Of a stretch of DNA of 64,000 bases, positions 60,906 through 64,000 are shown one piece after another. The DNA lies in NCBI RefSeq assembly GCF_001194135.2, contig NC_068982.1, positions 42,619,532-42,683,531 on the forward strand. The letters are read 5' to 3'. Both the position numbers and the translations under genes were made by a program. Every line of letters starts with the position of its first letter. The first letter of the stretch is position 1. The notes beneath the pieces are model-generated. The model did not search any database. It saw only the letters and a program-made list of their open reading frames with translations, and was not told where the DNA came from. The stretch comes from Octopus bimaculoides (lineage: Eukaryota).

Positions 60906-61374
60906 ATACACACACGCACACGCGTGCGCGCGCAACACGGGGTTTCGAAACGATTCAATTAAATTGAACAGGATGTCGTTAAGAAAGTAGTGAAGCTATT
61001 TCTGGTCTTGATGCCGGAAGAATCTTGAATATGTTATAAAGAAGATTAACCTAGAAGTATATATAAATGTATAAGAATTTTTTTAAACATGCTTGTTGGG
61101 TATGCCACAATCCCGCGAGTTTTGAACATGAGGTGTTATCTGTCACTAGAGAATTTATGTAATATGTTAANNNNNNNNNNNNNNNNNNNNNNNNNNNNNN
61201 NNNNNNATACACACACGCACACGCGTGCGCGCGCAACACGGGGTTTCGAAACGATTCAATTAAATTGAACAGGATGTCGTTAAGAAAGTAGTGAAGCTAT
61301 TTCTGGTCTTGATGCCGGAAGAATCTTGAATATGTTATAAAGAAGATTAACCTAGAAGTATATATAAATGTATA
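60906..61374. other. Exact 168-bp duplication flanking a 36-nt gap (probable assembly artefact)
   Basis: 60906-61073 is identical to 61207-61374; the second copy begins right at the gap edge. Confidence 0.75.
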
Positions 61375-62084
61375 TATACACACACACAAACATATATATA
61401 TATATATTTATATAACATACAAATTTTGTATATGAAATACATATTTTGTATATTTTCATGTCTTGCTCTGGGGTTGCTGAAATTTTCTTGAGAATACACA
61501 CTTCATGGTAAGGCGGTTTGGCGTCAATTTTTAGCATATTAGGAATCCACTTTAGTGGTCATTCCTCCTATATTTTGTATGTAATAAAATTATTAATCTT
61601 CGAATTTTTTAAATATGATAAGCGACTGGTTTAAATTGATGTTAATTGATTAATATCAATTTCTACCCTCATTATTTAAGTTCTATACATATATTTTTTC
61701 AGTTTGCCGTTTATAATTATACCACATGTTACATATTTACTTTATCATACTTGATACTGTGTGGACTAAGATCCCCGTTGACAGGCCGCTGGCATTCATA
61801 GAGTGTTAAACACTTTTGGTATGCAAATTAGGGACTCCTGCATAGAGTAACTGCTACATTTGTTGAGTATATAAATAGATTGACTGCTATTGAATCTGTC
61901 GGAATTATGTATAAGCCTCTGAATAGAACCCAATAAAGTTCGGAAATCGATTACTATTGTTCATCATGTTTTTTCAGTCTGCGGAGAAATGGCTAAAATT
62001 TCCCCTGTTTATAATTATACCATATGCTATATATATATATATATACACATACATTTATGTGTGTGTGTATATATATATATACGA

Positions 62085-62230
62085 CTGACTTCTTTCAGTT
62101 GCCGCCTACCAAAACCATTCGAAAGGCTGTGGTCGGCCCCAGCCTATAGTAGGAGACACTTGCCCATGGTGCCACGCAGTAGGGCTGAACCTGGAACCAT
62201 GTGTTGTGAAGCAAGCTTCTTAACACACAT
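62085..62230 (-). mobile_element. Family A SINE 5' half
   Basis: CTTCTTTCAGTTGCCGCCTACCAAA..CTATAGTAGGAGACACTTGCCCATGGTGCCACGCAGTAGGGCTGAACCTGGAACCATGTG..GCAAGCTTCTTAACACAC. Confidence 0.88.
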
Positions 62231-62394
62231 CTCTCTCTCTATATATATTAACTATACAATATTTTTTACGAAACGGGAACATTCTTTCGTAATGTTTGAC
62301 TTTATCCTTATGTATTTCAAATATATATCTTATATTTATTGCTTTGTATTATTATCTCCATTATTAAAGTGTTATATTATCAGAATCATTAGAA

Positions 62395-62575
62395 CGACGG
62401 ACATAATATTTAGTGTCATTTCTTCCGGCGGTTTACATTCAGAATTTTAATTCTACTGAGGTCTCTTTTGTCTTTCATCGTTTTGGGGTGCGATAGAATA
62501 AATGTCAGTTGAATACTGGTTTCGATGTAATCGACTAAGTCATTCTCACTAAAATTATTAAGTTTAATATTCATG
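62395..62575 (+). mobile_element. Family B SINE, degraded
   Basis: TTTTGTCTTTCATCGTTTTGGGGTGCGATAGAATAAATGTCAGTTGAATACTGGTTTCGATGTAATCGACT. Confidence 0.6.
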
Positions 62576-63056
62576 AATTTCGTATTTTATTATATTTCAA
62601 ATTTTAGAACCCTAAAACAGTAATAATCAACGAGCTGCATGCAGCTCGTGGCACTTTCTGAATGGCCTGCCTGTTTAACGAAAAATTACCGTCAATTTAG
62701 CGAATGAGAGCCCCTTGTAAGTTAGCTAGAATGTTACTAACAAGCAGGTTCTCTACAAACCATTGTGGGCTGTTTTATAAGGGAAGGAAATGCACTCACA
62801 CGACCCCTTTCTGACATACATACATACATACATATATATTCACACACATACACAAACATACATATGTATACACACACACACATACAAACATATATATATG
62901 TGCATATGTATATATACACACATATGTATACACACATGCACAAACATATATATATGTACATATGTATGTATACACGCACAAATATATACACACATATTCA
63001 CACACATATATAAATATACTTATATATTTATATATATATATATATGTATATATATA

Positions 63057-63088
<32 letters not shown>

Positions 63089-64000
63089 NNNNNNNNNNNN
63101 NNNNNNNNNNNNNNNNNNNNNNNNNNNNNNNNNNNNNNNNNNNNNNNNNNNNNNNNNNNNNNNNNNNNNNNNNNNNNNNNNNNNNNNNNNNNNNNNNNNN
63201 NNNNNNNNNNNNNNNNNNNNNNNNNNNNNNNNNNNNNNNNNNNNNNNNNNNNNNNNNNNNNNNNNNNNNNNNNNNNNNNNNNNNNNNNNNNNNNNNNNNN
63301 NNNNNNNNNNNNNNNNNNNNNNNNNNNNNNNNNNNNNNNNNNNNNNNNNNNNNNNNNNNNNNNNNNNNNNNNNNNNNNNNNNNNNNNNNNNNNNNNNNNN
63401 NNNNNNNNNNNNNNNNNNNNNNNNNNNNNNNNNNNNNNNNNNNNNNNNNNNNNNNNNNNNNNNNNNNNNNNNNNNNNNNNNNNNNNNNNNNNNNNNNNNN
63501 NNNNNNNNNNNNNNNNNNNNNNNNNNNNNNNNNNNNNNNNNNNNNNNNNNNNNNNNNNNNNNNNNNNNNNNNNNNNNNNNNNNNNNNNNNNNNNNNNNNN
63601 NNNNNNNNNNNNNNNNNNNNNNNNNNNNNNNNNNNNNNNNNNNNNNNNNNNNNNNNTATATATATAAATGTATGCGTGTTTGTTCGTGAGAGAGTGAGTT
63701 GATATGTACATGGCGTGTTATTAAACGTTATTATTTGGGTAGCTCGGAAAGATAAAAATGATTTCGTAACTGTAAAATTAAAAGTAAGATTTCGAGCGAG
63801 AAGTCTTATCGCTATTCATTTTTGTTTTCTACATCAGAATTTGTCCTTTGATTTATTGAAAAGTAATATTTATCTAAAACTTTTACGACATCTATGGCAT
63901 AGTATTAATGTGAATATAACTTTTGGAAGGAAATGAAACAGAATAAAAATTTAGTTAACCATTGGAAGTTTAATTCATGTTATGGAACTCATCACTTGAT

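Overview
This is AT-rich eukaryotic genomic DNA, dense in repeats and microsatellites, from a gapped short-read assembly (about 16 N-runs, most flanked by (TA)n). The SINE families and the (TA)n/(CA)n/(AAT)n/(GAT)n load point to an Octopus (coleoid cephalopod) genome. That assignment rests on recalled family resemblance, not a database search. I cannot support any host protein-coding gene with confidence: most listed ORFs are translations of microsatellites or N-runs, and only weak isolated exon candidates remain (59231-59400 +, 6869-6939 -). The window looks intronic or intergenic. It holds several tRNA-derived SINE families; LINE fossils of the R4/Dong-type RLE, CR1-like, RNase H-bearing I-group, RTE and Penelope-like classes; DNA transposon fossils (Buster/Charlie-type hAT plus a hAT MITE with 8-bp TSD, three mariner pieces, a Tc3-like element); and a Helitron-like 5' end. 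The most interesting observations are a minimal hammerhead-ribozyme-like motif (11212-11256, minus), a 193-bp near-perfect fold-back element, a head-to-head palindromic SINE pair, a dimeric SINE inside one TSD pair, several unrelated elements that all sit in (AAT)n tracts, and shared modules among SINE families.
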